From NCBI GenBank assembly GCA_965112155.1, contig OZ218103.1: a DNA stretch of 64,000 nucleotides. The stretch is one strand, 5' to 3'. The first letter of the stretch is position 1; every line of letters begins with the position of its first letter. This DNA is from Podarcis liolepis. Its lineage: Eukaryota. The position numbers and the translations under genes were made by a program. The notes below the pieces were generated by a model, which was not told the DNA's origin, searched no databases, and was given only the letters and a program-made list of their open reading frames with translations. Of this stretch, positions 1 to 11,500 are shown piece by piece.

Positions 1-24
1 TACAATGAGACCTTTGTCTTCAAG
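1..24 (+). CDS. SYT2: Synaptotagmin-2, 3' end of a C2A exon (YNETFVFK); truncated by the window edge
   Basis: TAC AAT GAG ACC TTT GTC TTC AAG followed by the donor GTAAGA. Matches the synaptotagmin (F/Y)NETFxFK motif and joins in phase 0 to the next exon. Confidence 0.88.
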
Positions 25-185
25 GTAAGACTTCTGTTGGCCTAGGCATCCTCTGCAGAGGATATATTGCACACAGCTAGAACACTGACATATTTGTGGT
101 AGCCCCCAGAGAGAAAGAAAGAAGTACTGCAGGGAGCAATACCCAGTGTCGCTCGGGGAAAAATGGGGGGGAAATAATTCCTGGC

Positions 186-593
186 AGTTGGAAGAATAAG
201 GTCTTGGATTAAAAAATATAACATTGACAAGTCAAAAGTGATGCATATCGATGTGTGTGTTTGTGATGGTGGGGAATCCCTAAACCCTAACTACATATAA
301 ACAATGTTGAGTCCAAAATTGGCTATTTATTACTTTTCAGGAAATAAATCTTAACATCATTATGGGGTTTCTCACCTCAGTGATTTCCGAGGGGTGGAGG
401 AACTTGTTATTCCTCCTGTGCATCCAGCCCGTGTGGTGTAGAGGTTAGTGCATTGGACTAGGACCTGTACGACCAGGGGAGGCTCACTCAGCCAGGAACC
501 CTCTGGGTGATTTTGAGCCAGTCTCTTATCTCTCAGCCTAACCTACCTCACAGGGTTGCTGTGAAGATAACATAGAGAAGGTAATAAATTTAT
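186..593 (+). repeat. Direct repeat copy 1 (~408 bp; CR1 remnant plus SINE)
   Basis: Near-identical to 1215-1621; about five substitutions and one indel by eye. Confidence 0.95.
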
Positions 594-681
594 TATTGGG
601 CAAGATCATTCCAACAGCCTCTTAAGAGAGTTTGTTCCAGGTGCCAAAGCAGTTACCACAGTCTTCTGTTCTGTGTAACAG

Positions 682-849
682 ATTCCATATCAGGAGCTGG
701 GTGGCAAGACGTTGGTGATGGCTATCTATGACTTTGACCGTTTCTCCAAACATGACATCATTGGAGAAGTCAAGGTGCCCATGAACACGGTGGACCTGGG
801 GCAGCCCATTGAAGAATGGAGGGATCTGGAGAGTGCAGAAAAAGAGGAG
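682..849 (+). CDS. SYT2: Synaptotagmin-2 exon, second half of C2A ([56 protein letters not shown])
   Basis: AG at 680-681, GTAAGG at 850, 168 nt in frame. Contains the Ca2+-binding DFDRFSKHD loop. VMAIYD and LGQPIEEW are SYT2-type rather than SYT1-type. Confidence 0.96.
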
Positions 850-1214
850 GTAAGGAGCTGGTGGAAGTGGAAGCATCTTGTTTTCTTTCATTGCCTTTTG
901 CTGCTGTTTTTTTTCCATTACCTTATTGCTTCTTTTTACCTCAGCTGTGCAAATGTGGGTACTGATACTGAAAGTGAATTTTGCTAAGGTCTTTGGTAGG
1001 AAGTTGGCATTGGAGAAATGCAGATTTAGAAGGCTTAGGTTCTTGCTGGGCTGAGCTGCCTTCTTTAAGGAAACCCTCAGTCTCTCAGCAGAGCATCTCT
1101 GCACCTCAGCCTTCTGCTACTAAATGATCTTTGTGGAAGATCATTTGCCTCTTGTCAGTACCAAAGGAATGGAAACTGATTGGTCAAGTCTAAAAACCAA
1201 GTTCTCTACTGCCT

Positions 1215-1621
1215 AGTTGGAAGAATAAGGTCTTGGATTAAAAAATATAACATTGATAAGTCAAAAGTGATGCATATCGATGTGTGTGTTTGTGATGGTG
1301 GGGAATCCCTAAACCCTAACTACATATAAACAATGTTGAGTCCAAAATTGGCTATTTATTACTTTTCAGGAAATAAATCTTAACATCATTATGGGGTTTC
1401 TCACCTCAGTGATTTCCGAGGGGTGGAGGAACTTGTTATTCCTGCTGTGCATTCAGCCCGTGTGGTGTAGAGGTTAGTGCGTTGGACTAGGACCTGTAAG
1501 ACCAGGGGAGGCTCACTCAGCCAGGAACCCTCTGGGTGATTTTGAGCCAGTCTCTATCTCTCAGCCTAACCTACCTCACAGGGTTGCTGTGAAGATAACA
1601 TAGAGAAGGTAATAAATTTAT
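1215..1621 (+). repeat. Direct repeat copy 2 (~407 bp)
   Basis: Near-identical to 186-593. Confidence 0.95.
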
Positions 1622-1672
1622 ACGTCACCTTGACCCCTTGAAGGAACGGGGGAGATATAAATGTAATCATAA
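1455..1672 (+). mobile_element. tRNA-derived SINE with MIR/L2-like core and tail (Squam3-like); truncated copy at ~426-593
   Basis: Head GTGTGGTGTAGAGGTTAG, core CTCAGCCTAACCTACCTCACAGGGTTGCTGTG, tail ...GGAGATATAAATGTAA. Confidence 0.65.
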
Positions 1673-2204
1673 CTAAAAATGCATAAAGACAGCTCATTGT
1701 ACTTTGAATGTATTGTCCGTTGTTCCTCTGGTTTTAGTATTAATGCCTGTGTATAAGCATACCAAAATATGGAATAATCTCGCTGTTATTTATTCAGTTT
1801 CTCACCCACCCTTCACCATAAAGTCCCAGGGTGACTTTATAAAGCAGTTTATAAATGCAATATTAAAATAAGTTAGAAACAAATTACGGTCAAGCGAATA
1901 GGATGGCCCTTAAAGTATATATCTCAAATGTCAAAGGCCAGGATAAAGAGGGGCATTTTCAGCATGTGACAGACAACGTAAGGAAGGTGTCAGATGCTTC
2001 TCCTGCTCCTGACACCAGGTCCTTTGCTTTCCTGGCTGGAGGAGGCGAGGGTGGCCAGAGTTGCAGTGACAGGGCAACATTCAAATTATCTGTCTGCTAG
2101 ACGGTGAGAAGGGGCAGCACCTTCATAGCACAGCGTGAACAGGGCAGTTGTGTTATGCCATGACTTCCGCCTTAGGACTCTGAACTTTTATTGGCACTGA
2201 GTAG

Positions 2205-2447
<243 letters not shown>

Positions 2448-2884
2448 TAAAGTAGTTCTTACTTTCATTGCTTTGTAATATGAATGTATAACCCACATCT
2501 GCCAAAATGCTGCTTCTTCCTCTATATTATTCCTCTTAATTGCTTTATTTTGATTTGGTTTTTTTTTTACCTGCCCTTCACCCTAAGGTCTCATAGTTCT
2601 TTTTTTTCGGGGGGGGGGTGTCCTTGGTCTCACATTGCTTAAGTCTGAGTGACACCAGCTGCATGGATGCGACTTGAAAATGAAACATGTGTTGTGAGCA
2701 TTGGGCAGCTTCCCATATGGCTGTGGCCATTTATATCTATGGCTTCTTGACCCACCCACCCCAAAAGGGAGAGTTGTACTGGTGTAGTTGAAATACCTGC
2801 AACTGTATGGAAAGTTGCTTCCTCCAGCTTCCTGCATGGGACTGTGGCCATTTCAATCTTGAGATGTCAGCCATTCCACTAGAG

Positions 2885-3373
2885 CAGTGTTTCCCAAACG
2901 TTTTTGGGCAACGGCACACCTGCTTACCGGAAAAAAATCTCGCGGCACACCACCATTAAAGCCCCGCCCCGTGACGTCAGCGCGCAGCGTCACGCGGGGG
3001 GGGGGACGCACAAAAGTGAACGTTTTTTCCCTTCCCCTTGCCGGGGTGGGAGGAGGCAGCAGAGCGAGGGCAGCTGAGGCGGCGGCGGCGATAGCGGGCG
3101 GAGGAGGAGCCGTCGCCGGGAGTTGCTGCTGCTGCTGTTGCTGCTGCTGCCCGGACATGCCGGCCTCCTCCTCCTCCGCTGTCTCGCGCTCCTCCCTTTT
3201 GCGCGAGCTGCCCCGCCGCTCGGCACCACCACCGCGGAGCCGCCCCCGGCTCGACGCGGATCCTCGCCGCCGCCGCCTCTCGCCGCCCGACTCGCCCGCC
3301 TCCCTCCCACGGCACACCAGCCGGTGTCTCACGGCACAGTAGTGTGCCGCGGCACACCGGTTGGGAAACACTG
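2885..3373. mobile_element. Non-autonomous hAT element (MITE), 489 bp, CpG-rich
   Basis: TIR CAGTGTTTCCCAA...TTGGGAAACACTG, perfect 8-bp TSD CACTAGAG (2877-2884 and 3374-3381), repeated subterminal CGGCACAC motifs. Confidence 0.93.
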
Positions 3374-3414
3374 CACTAGAGAAGCATGAACCAGCCTTAT
3401 GCTGCCCCAGGACG

Positions 3415-3625
3415 TGAGGAAAACCTGCTGGGTCAGACCAAAGGCTCATCTAGTCCAGCATCCTGTTCTCACAGTGGCAAACCAGATGCCTATGGGAAGC
3501 CCACAAGCACCCCCTGAGCTGAGGAAAGCACTTTCCCCACTTGCAATTCCACACGGTGGAAGTAGAGCGCAGCCATCATTGCTAGTAGCCTTGTGCTCCA
3601 TGCATTTGTCTAATCCTCTTATCCC
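3415..3625 (-). mobile_element. CR1 LINE 3' end remnant
   Basis: CTGCTGGGTCAGACCAAAGGCTCATCTAGTCCAGCATCCTGTTCTCACAGTGGC resembles the antisense of squamate CR1 3' UTRs. Confidence 0.5.
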
Positions 3626-3886
3626 AAGTCGGTGGGTATCTTGAGCTTTTACAAAAGAGATAAGGACTCTCTGGGAAGAGGCGGAGGATCCATAGGAAAT
3701 GCATCCTGCATAAGTGGCTCTAAACAACCAGTGATTCCGGATTATGGAGCAAAAAGTTAATGGCATCTCTGTCTGTCCTGTTCCTCTGTGCAGCATGGCT
3801 AATTCCTAGCTGTTTCCCCTTGAGGTTGTTTCCTCAGTGTGTGTTAGCTGCCTGCAAAGTCTGAACTGCTTAGCCTTGCTTTTCAG

Positions 3887-4020
3887 ATCCCTATGTGAAG
3901 ATCCACCTGCTGCAGAATGGCAAGAGGCTCAAGAAGAAGAAGACCACCGTCAAGAAGAAGACTCTGAACCCCTATTTCAACGAGTCGTTCAGCTTTGAAA
4001 TTCCCTTTGAGCAGATACAG
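3887..4020 (+). CDS. SYT2: Synaptotagmin-2 exon, C2B polybasic region ([45 protein letters not shown])
   Basis: TTTCAG acceptor at 3881-3886, GT donor at 4021, 134 nt, phase 1 to 0. Contains the KKKK polybasic patch. Confidence 0.96.
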
Positions 4021-4369
4021 GTTCACCTGCTTCTCACTTGAGGAAGTTTGGGGGAGGGCCATGCAAAGGGCTCCCAGGTCACTGAGCTCATCCCTGGGCT
4101 GATAAAGTCCTCTGCCATCTTACCTGTACCATGGGATCTTATGTTGGCCTCTCAAAGTGCATGGGCCAAATCTCTGAATAGTCTAGCCTCATTTCCTCCC
4201 TGTTGGCAATGGAAGGGGAATGTTCTCAAGGGATAAGCTTTAAAAAGCCTGGTGAGTTTTGTACAGGGTGAATCCTGTAAAAGATTTGATTTAAGTTAGG
4301 CATTTTTTTAACAAGTCCAGGCCTGCCTGGTCCAACCATTCTCTGATGAGGGACATGTTTTGTACTGCA

Positions 4370-4600
4370 TTTATTTTATTTATTTACTACATTTATATCT
4401 CCCCTTTTCGTCTGAGGAGATAAAGGCATCATGCATGATTCCCCCTCCCCCTCCCCCTTTTATCCCCACAGCAACACTTTGTGGTAAGTGAGGCTGAGAT
4501 ATAGCAACCCACCCAAGGACACAGTGTGAGCTTCATGGATGAATGAGGATTTGAACCCAAGTCTCCCTCACCCTCATCCAACACTCGTAATTGCTGCACC
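4370..4600 (-). mobile_element. Degenerate MIR/Squam3-like SINE
   Basis: TTTATTTT tail, TTTTATCCCCACAGCAAC...GTGAGGCTGAGA core, GGATTTGAACCC B-box complement. Confidence 0.5.
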
Positions 4601-4759
4601 AGCACTCAGTTCATTGTTTCCCATCACAGGACACAAATGTTGTAAAGAACAACCAGAAGACTGCCAGAGTGCAGTTTCAGTGTCTCCAACCAGAGTTAGG
4701 TTGTGCACATTTTGCGCATTCGGTCCAGACACTATATAGAATAAAGGAGAAGGAAGCAT

Positions 4760-5093
4760 GAGCTACAGCTGCCCTCTTTGTTGTGTCAAAATTAAGTCCT
4801 CCATAGATCTCTGGGTGGTTAACAACATTAAAAAAGAACAAAACATATAATAAAAAGAACAAAAGCAAACCAATAATCCCACAACATATTCAAAAGGGTA
4901 TTGGATGTCAGTTAAAGGCCTGGTTAAAAAGGAACATTTTTTGCCTGGTGCCTAAAGGTGTGTAATGAAGGCACCAGGCGAATCTCTCTGAGAAAAGCAT
5001 TCCACAGATGGGGAGCCACTGCAGAAAAGGCCTGCTCTTGTGTTGCCACCCTCTGGACCTCTCGTGGAGGAGGCACATGAAGAAGGGCCTCAG
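4760..5093 (-). mobile_element. L2-type LINE 3' fragment
   Basis: AAGCATTCCACAGATGGGGAGCCACTGCAGAAAAGGCC is the antisense of the typical L2 'AFSxVAPxLWN' end. Confidence 0.6.
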
Positions 5094-5442
5094 TGTTAGT
5101 ATCTCAGCTCACAGTCAGAGGTACCTGGCCTCCCCCGAGGCAATTGAGTGAGATACTGTGTTTACCTTCCGTCTGCAACTCCCGGCAGGCTAGGTAAACA
5201 AACCGGCGATTCTTCTCATTAGACGTGAGAAAGAACACACCCTCTGCTTCTCTCTGCTTCTCTCCCTCCCTGCATTCTCCCCAGGGAGGGGAAATGAGAC
5301 AGACAGGAGTCCTATTTACATGTTTTATTCCTGTCATTCAGCAGTACATAGAAATGCGACTGCTCCCTTCAGTCTCCATCAGAAGAGACACAACTCCGCC
5401 CCTGCACTTCCAGTACAGGTCAGATGACACTCTGAGCTAACA
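5094..5442 (-). mobile_element. Possible solo LTR (~350 bp)
   Basis: TGTTAG...CTAACA inverted termini, internal AATAAA on the - strand, abuts the L2 fragment. No matching TSD. Confidence 0.3.
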
Positions 5443-7089
5443 TACGGTGCTCAGTACAGAGAATGGACTGCCCCTTTTCCTCAGCAGTACAGCTCCAGAC
5501 AATAACATCCTGTTTTGCTTTCCAGCCACCTGCAGCTGGCTTTTGCATTGGTGCTTTTTCCTGACACTCAGATGGTGATTGCAGGGTCTGAGTGGGTTTA
5601 TATGGAGACAGGCAGTCCTTGTAGTCCTGTTCCACATCCCTACCTGATTCCGTTTCTTCTATCATCAGTTTAGGTGATGATTGTTTAGCTGGTGCCATCT
5701 GAACCATACTGAACCCACAAGCTGTTTTTGTGTCTTCCTGCAAGCCACATTTCAGTCAAGATATGCTTTTAAAGATGTTCTGACACCGAGAGATTTTGGA
5801 TTTAATATCTTTTGCTGTGTTGCCCGTACACCACTGCTTTGGTGGAGCTCTTGTGGCTTTGTGGTGCCCAACCACTTGTGGAAGGGATTGTAGGGGGGGG
5901 GGAATGACAGTGCAGTGGCTGAACCAGGGATAGGGGGATAGGATAGCTCTTGTGAATACAGAAGTCGGCCATTCCTGATCCATAGGGCCCCCTTTCAAAT
6001 CTAATGATAGTAAAGCATTAAGACATACAGCAGAATTAGATTACATAGCCATTCTATGATAGCATTACCCACGTGAACTGTTTAAAATAGCATGCTTTGA
6101 TGTTAATGCCTAGTAATGAGTTTAGGGATTTTACAAAGGGGGGGGGGAATGAACCATCTCAAGCCATCCGAGCCTTGTCCAAATCCCATAATTTCTGTGT
6201 ACTTATCCATAAAACGATGTAGAGTCCTATTAACATATAATCACTTGTGTAAATGATGCATAGTAACTAGCTCGCTGTAGCTGCATCCAGGGAGCGTTCT
6301 GCAGAATCCATTGTTAAAGCTTTTAACCTGGTCTGGGTCACTTCAAGCTGCAGGTGTAGCTCACAGTGCAATGCTAGGTATGCCTACTTGGATTTAAGCC
6401 TCATGGAGTTGGCCCCACATGAGTGTATATAGGATTGCAGCCTCAGCTGATGCATTGTACATGCTTCCATCAAATTTATCAGTTAAAATCTGACAGAGTA
6501 AGTGTACTTTCTTGTTTTGTTTTTATATAATGCAGGCACATGTGGTAGCAGATACTTTTTTAGAGGTTTTCCCTCATATAAGAGAGTTTTTTAAATCAAT
6601 ATTTCCAGTTACAAACAATTCTTTTGAGTGGATTAAGGCTTCGGTCCTATAAGCACTTGCCTGGGAACAAGTTTCATTGAACTCAATGGGGCTTCCTTCA
6701 GAGAAGGCAAGCATAAGATTGCACTGTAAAAATTCAATCTGAGCAATCCAGTGATTTAAACATTGCAGCCCTAGTCACATACAAATCACATGCATCAAAT
6801 TTTGCATGCATCATCTCATCTTTGCAGCAAGCTCTTGTTCAACCAAAAATACATGCTATTTCTGATCAGGATTTCCCCCCCAATGAGATTGTCACCCTGT
6901 TGTGACCCTCTGCTCCTTGCCCATTAATCCCAGAGCAATCTCATTGTTCCTAAAACCTGACATGTGGGAACAAACCGGCAACTATCATTTCCAGCCTTTC
7001 TTTAAAAAAGATCAACTGAGCACCTACTGAACTTCAAGTGGAAGTAGTATACCGTAATACTAATTTCTCTTTTCTTGCCTCCCATCCAG

Positions 7090-7296
7090 AAAGTGCAAGT
7101 TGTGATTACTGTGCTGGATTATGACAAGCTGGGGAAGAACGAAGCCATTGGCAAAGTATTTGTCGGCAACAAATCCACTGGCACGGAGCTAAGGCACTGG
7201 TCTGACATGCTGGCCAACCCACGCCGCCCCATTGCCCAGTGGCATTCCCTGAAGCCTGAAGAGGAGGTGGATGCAGCTCTTGGGAAAAACAAATAG
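7090..7296 (+). CDS. SYT2: Synaptotagmin-2 last coding exon ([22 protein letters not shown]...[14 protein letters not shown])
   Basis: Pyrimidine tract and CAG at 7087-7089, TAG at 7294-7296. The C-terminus [18 protein letters not shown] is characteristic of SYT2. Confidence 0.97.
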   Translation, partial: KVQVVITVLDYDKLGKNEAIGKVFVGNKSTGTELRHWSDMLANPRRPIAQWHSLKPEEEVDAALGKNK

Positions 7297-8367
7297 GCAG
7301 CTCCATACCCCAGCATCACCTTCTGAACATTCAAAGTGATCCAGAGCTATCAATACCTCAGTTAGGCAACGTTTGATTTCTGTTCCGTTCTGTTTTCTAA
7401 GCTGCAATACCCTTTCTTTGATGGCTGTAGAGGGATTCTGGATGAACTCGAGAGCATCCAGAGGGGGGAAAGGTTTAAAGACACAGCTGTTCCTTTCGCA
7501 TTCTTCAAAGTAGTTTTGTCTGCTGCATGTTCCATCGTCTCTCTGTGTTGTTCTCTTCGAGCGCAAAGCAAGCTTCGTTCTTGGGTTTCTCCCCAAGGCC
7601 ACCATGAATAGCAGCACAAAGCAAGCTTTGCTTTTACTCGCTTTGGGATCTTCTTCCTTAAATTGGACCTTTGAATACCGTGCTTGGATGATACCAGAGC
7701 CTGACAATGTGAGTTGACCAGATACACTGTGCTTGCTTTGGAAGACAGCAAGGTGCACGAAGTGGTGCTCTTGGGAACCGTACGAGCATCCTCACACTTC
7801 GAGATTTGTGGCCTTCAGCCATTGGCCACCTAGCAGAGAGAACAAGGAGCAACTCTGGCACTGGAACATCCCTGATTATGTGGATAGCTGGTGGCTTAAG
7901 TCTCTTTGGTGAGGGGAGTGTGGTTTTGAGCATACAAATTACCTAATACTAATTGCCCTGTATTATCTAGGTAATAGTCTTCTGCTCCCTTATAGTTTTC
8001 AGTTCTTGAGTAGAACGGTGGAGTGGTACTAGGAGATTATTGGGGTGCAATAACTACACTTGTGAGTTGCCACTCTTCTGTCTTAAGTGCAGGGCAGAGC
8101 ATAAAACACACTTTGTTTTTGAAGGACAGCGCCATGGGATATTTATGCTAGTAGCCTTGCCATGTGGAAATTAGAAGGCCCAGCCCTGCAGGTAAGTCAA
8201 CTTCTAGATAGTGGTGTTAAACTGGGTGCATAGTGGAAAACTGTAGCAAGAACTTCAATGCAGCTTTGAGACCTGAAGAAAACGGCAGCCCTGGGTTGGT
8301 TTGCATACAGTTCTCATCCTGCCTTGCACTGTAGAGATATTTAGCAGGAAGGTTAATTTGCGTCCAT

Positions 8368-8535
8368 ATGCCAGTGGTAAGGCACGAGTATTGTATGCAA
8401 AAAGATCCCAGGTTCCATCCATTTTGCCCTCAAGTATCACTGGGAATGTCCTGTGTGAGAGCCGCTGCCCATCCGAGTAGACAGCACTGGGATAGGTGGC
8501 CTGACTCAGTATAAGACAGTTTCCTACATTCCTAA
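8368..8535 (+). mobile_element. Degenerate tRNA-head SINE in the SYT2 3' UTR
   Basis: A/B-box-like CAGTGGTAAGGCA...CCCAGGTTCCATCC and the CR1-like tail CTGACTCAGTATAAGACAGTTTCCTA. Confidence 0.55.
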
Positions 8536-11500
8536 CATCTTAAGGGTTTTTTTTCAGCCAAAGGCGTATGGGAAGTACCTGTGTTTTTCTAATGCTCTGA
8601 TGATCTGCTAGATGGGAAGAGCAGGTAGGACAAGCAGATTTGCCCAAAGGCCTACAGAATGCTGTATTGATCTTAGATTAATTTATCTAATTTCTCAATT
8701 AGGAGAGTTGGAGCAGCTTTCGGCTGGGAGCCTTCTCCCCCCCCCCCCGCCCCCGCAACGTCACTCTTGGCTAGTAGAGGGAGCATTGTGCATGTTCGAG
8801 TTTAGAGGGAAAGCGAATCCATTCCAACCTAAGGACCAAAGATGCACCAAAGGCAGCAGCATCTCCTGTTCTATATAGTATTGTCCGGCTGCCCAAAATA
8901 TTTATGGTTTCTTTGCTGATCCCAGAGGGATAAGCCATATTATCTTTGCTACCTAGTGTTTGCACTGATCCCTGAAGGGCCTTCCTGTTTCATTTGTTGC
9001 ACCAGATACCAATGTCTTGGACGTATTGACTCCCTGTTCAGGTTGTTGGAACAGGAAGGATGTAGACACTGGCACCACTCCCAGGCCTCTGTTTTACTGA
9101 AGGACCATCAGTCCTGCTCAGTTCAAGCTCATCATCTAAAGAATACAGCAGTGAATGCGGGCCTGACGCTTTTATGTTTGCCTTGGTTGTGTTCCATTTA
9201 GTCACCATGGTGGTCCTCGGACCTTTTGGTGCTGATAGGGGGAAAACAGATTCTAGCCATGAAGATGGTTGAGCAAGGCTCAGGCTTTATACAAGCTGCA
9301 GATTCATGGAGCAAAAGGCCTCAAAAAACTGTCCTGTGAGGGCAAAATATTTAGCCAAGGAAGATCTCTTGTGCAAGCTTCTTCATTGGCTTAGCTTGGA
9401 CCAAATCAGTCCTGCTTACCATGATCATTTTAATATTTTGGCTGCACAGCCAAATAGCGACTTATACTTTTGTGTTTGTAGGAATAGACAGAGAGAGAGC
9501 ACTGGTGGAGTTCTGAGCATGCAGAATAAGGCAGTCCCTGTGCTTCAGCAGCCTCTGTGGCAATAATGTCTCCCTTCCTATTCTGGCCACCAAGGCAAGA
9601 CTTAAGTACCAATATTGGCTTTAAGGTTCTGAGCTGCCTGTCAGCCTTTGCCACCTGTAAGGAATTCTGAGCTTGAAAGAACAGCTTGGCTAATGCAGAC
9701 AAAGCACAGGGTTCTTGGGTGTTGTACGCTGACCTCCCATGGGTTGTAGGTTTCTTTGAATTCTTTGTTTTTCAGCTAGCTAGCTAGGATTAGGCCTCAG
9801 GTCTAGCTGGGCGGCAGTAACTGTCTCTGTTTTGTGCCATTCCAGCCCGCAGATGAGAACTGAATGTTCCTCCATATACAAAAGCGAAACAAGAATCCTG
9901 CCGTGTAGAAAACTAGCATGTCAGAAGGCATCTCCTTTCCTGCATAGGATAGGTTTGTTGGTTTGTTTGTACGGAGGAGCATTCCATTGTGTGATCTTCC
10001 CCTTTCAATCTCAAATGGTACAGCCCAGAAACTAGGCCTTAAAAATAGGTGGTTCCTGCCCAAATGGGCCATTGCAAGCAGAGTAATCCCAGGATCATTC
10101 GTGTACAGGCAGAGTTAAACCACTTTGGTTGTAGGGGTGAGTAAATACCTTGATGTTAATGCACTTTGGGGCTTGGCTCTGCTTCTTTTTCCTTCCTCAC
10201 CAACTTTACTACAGAGATGGAAAGGGAGAGCCATCACCAGCTGCTTAAAAATGCTCTAGAAATGTGAAGAAAAGAAATGGGAGGGACTCTTTAAAGGTCT
10301 TCCGCATGCTTCCCTGCAAGTTTCGTTAATCAAACCTAAAAAGCTATAATTGCAGCCCTGTTCACTCTGCACATTGCTACAATGGTATCACCATCTGTGG
10401 GTTGTGCTCCTAAGCCCCATGAAGTGAGACTTGGGTTTATTTATTAATCAGACCTGCAGGACCATATGCAATAGTGCCTATGCTTAATCAGAAGGGAAAA
10501 AAATCACTGCAGCATCTCTGAAAAGATAGCTTTGGTACTGGTTTGTTCTTTTTTTAAAAAAAACAAATATGTCCATCCCCATTAAAGGGTACATTAAATT
10601 TGTTCCCGATTAAGGGTAGATAAAATTTGTGCCTCTCTTAGCTTTTAATGCTGCCACTGGCAAAGATAGGGTTTTAAGGCATCCTTGCAGAAGGGTGTCC
10701 TTGTGGAGTTCTGAATCTGTCCATGAGATTCTTCTTCTTAACCTAGACATGGCACCATCCCTAATCAGATGCCATCGCAACAGCACCACTGTAGTGCCAG
10801 GAAGTCCCAATAGCAGAGGGAAGGATCACATGTTTCTGTCCACAAAGATCAAAAGGTGCCTTTGCAGGTTGTAAGCATGGTGGAATAATGAGCTCTTCAT
10901 CCCGCAGAGATCCTCATGAGGTTCTGCAATGTCCTGCTTTCTTCAATAGTGGGTGAGCACTGGAATCTATGGGTGCGCGCGCATTTGTGCCAGTGTGCCA
11001 GTCTTTGTGTACAGTTCCTAGTCACTGCAGGCATCTATACATTTGGATAAAGGCTGCCAAACCAATTTGTATTATTTTGTTACAGTGAATTACAGTGCTG
11101 ATTATCTCCCCAGGTTATGCTTTTTTTGCCTCCTCTTACCTACAGCTGTAGAACCTGATGCCAGTTCTCTCCCAGATCCGCCACCGTTTGGTGGGATTAC
11201 TTTGCTTTGATCTGCAAAATACTAACATTTATAACTGTTTCTAGTGCAGAAGCCCTGTTAAGTCTGTTGCAACGAGAGCAGCAAAGAGTCTTGTTTCACC
11301 TTTAAAGCCCAATACATTTATTATGGTGCAAACAAATATATGCCATAATATAAATTTTGTTGATTTGCAACTGTGTGATGTGTTATGTAAAGCTTGCAAA
11401 CGTCACTTCCTTCCCTGGATTGGCAATTCATGCTTCTAAACAGTGTCACTTGAGGCTTATCGGTTCTTAATTCACACTAAAGAAAGGGGTCCGTGTGGGT

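Noticed and set aside
850-987. Hydrophobic, TM-like extension of ORF 712..987
   Set aside because: Read-through past a strong GTAAGG donor into a T-rich intron.
2853-3449. Several overlapping 100-200 aa ORFs with poly-Q/C/A/L runs
   Set aside because: They lie within the GC-rich hAT MITE bounded by TIRs and a TSD. Stop-codon scarcity and a CTG repeat explain them.
7189-7758. 189-aa antisense ORF over the SYT2 stop and UTR
   Set aside because: No recognisable homology or splice structure; consistent with chance.
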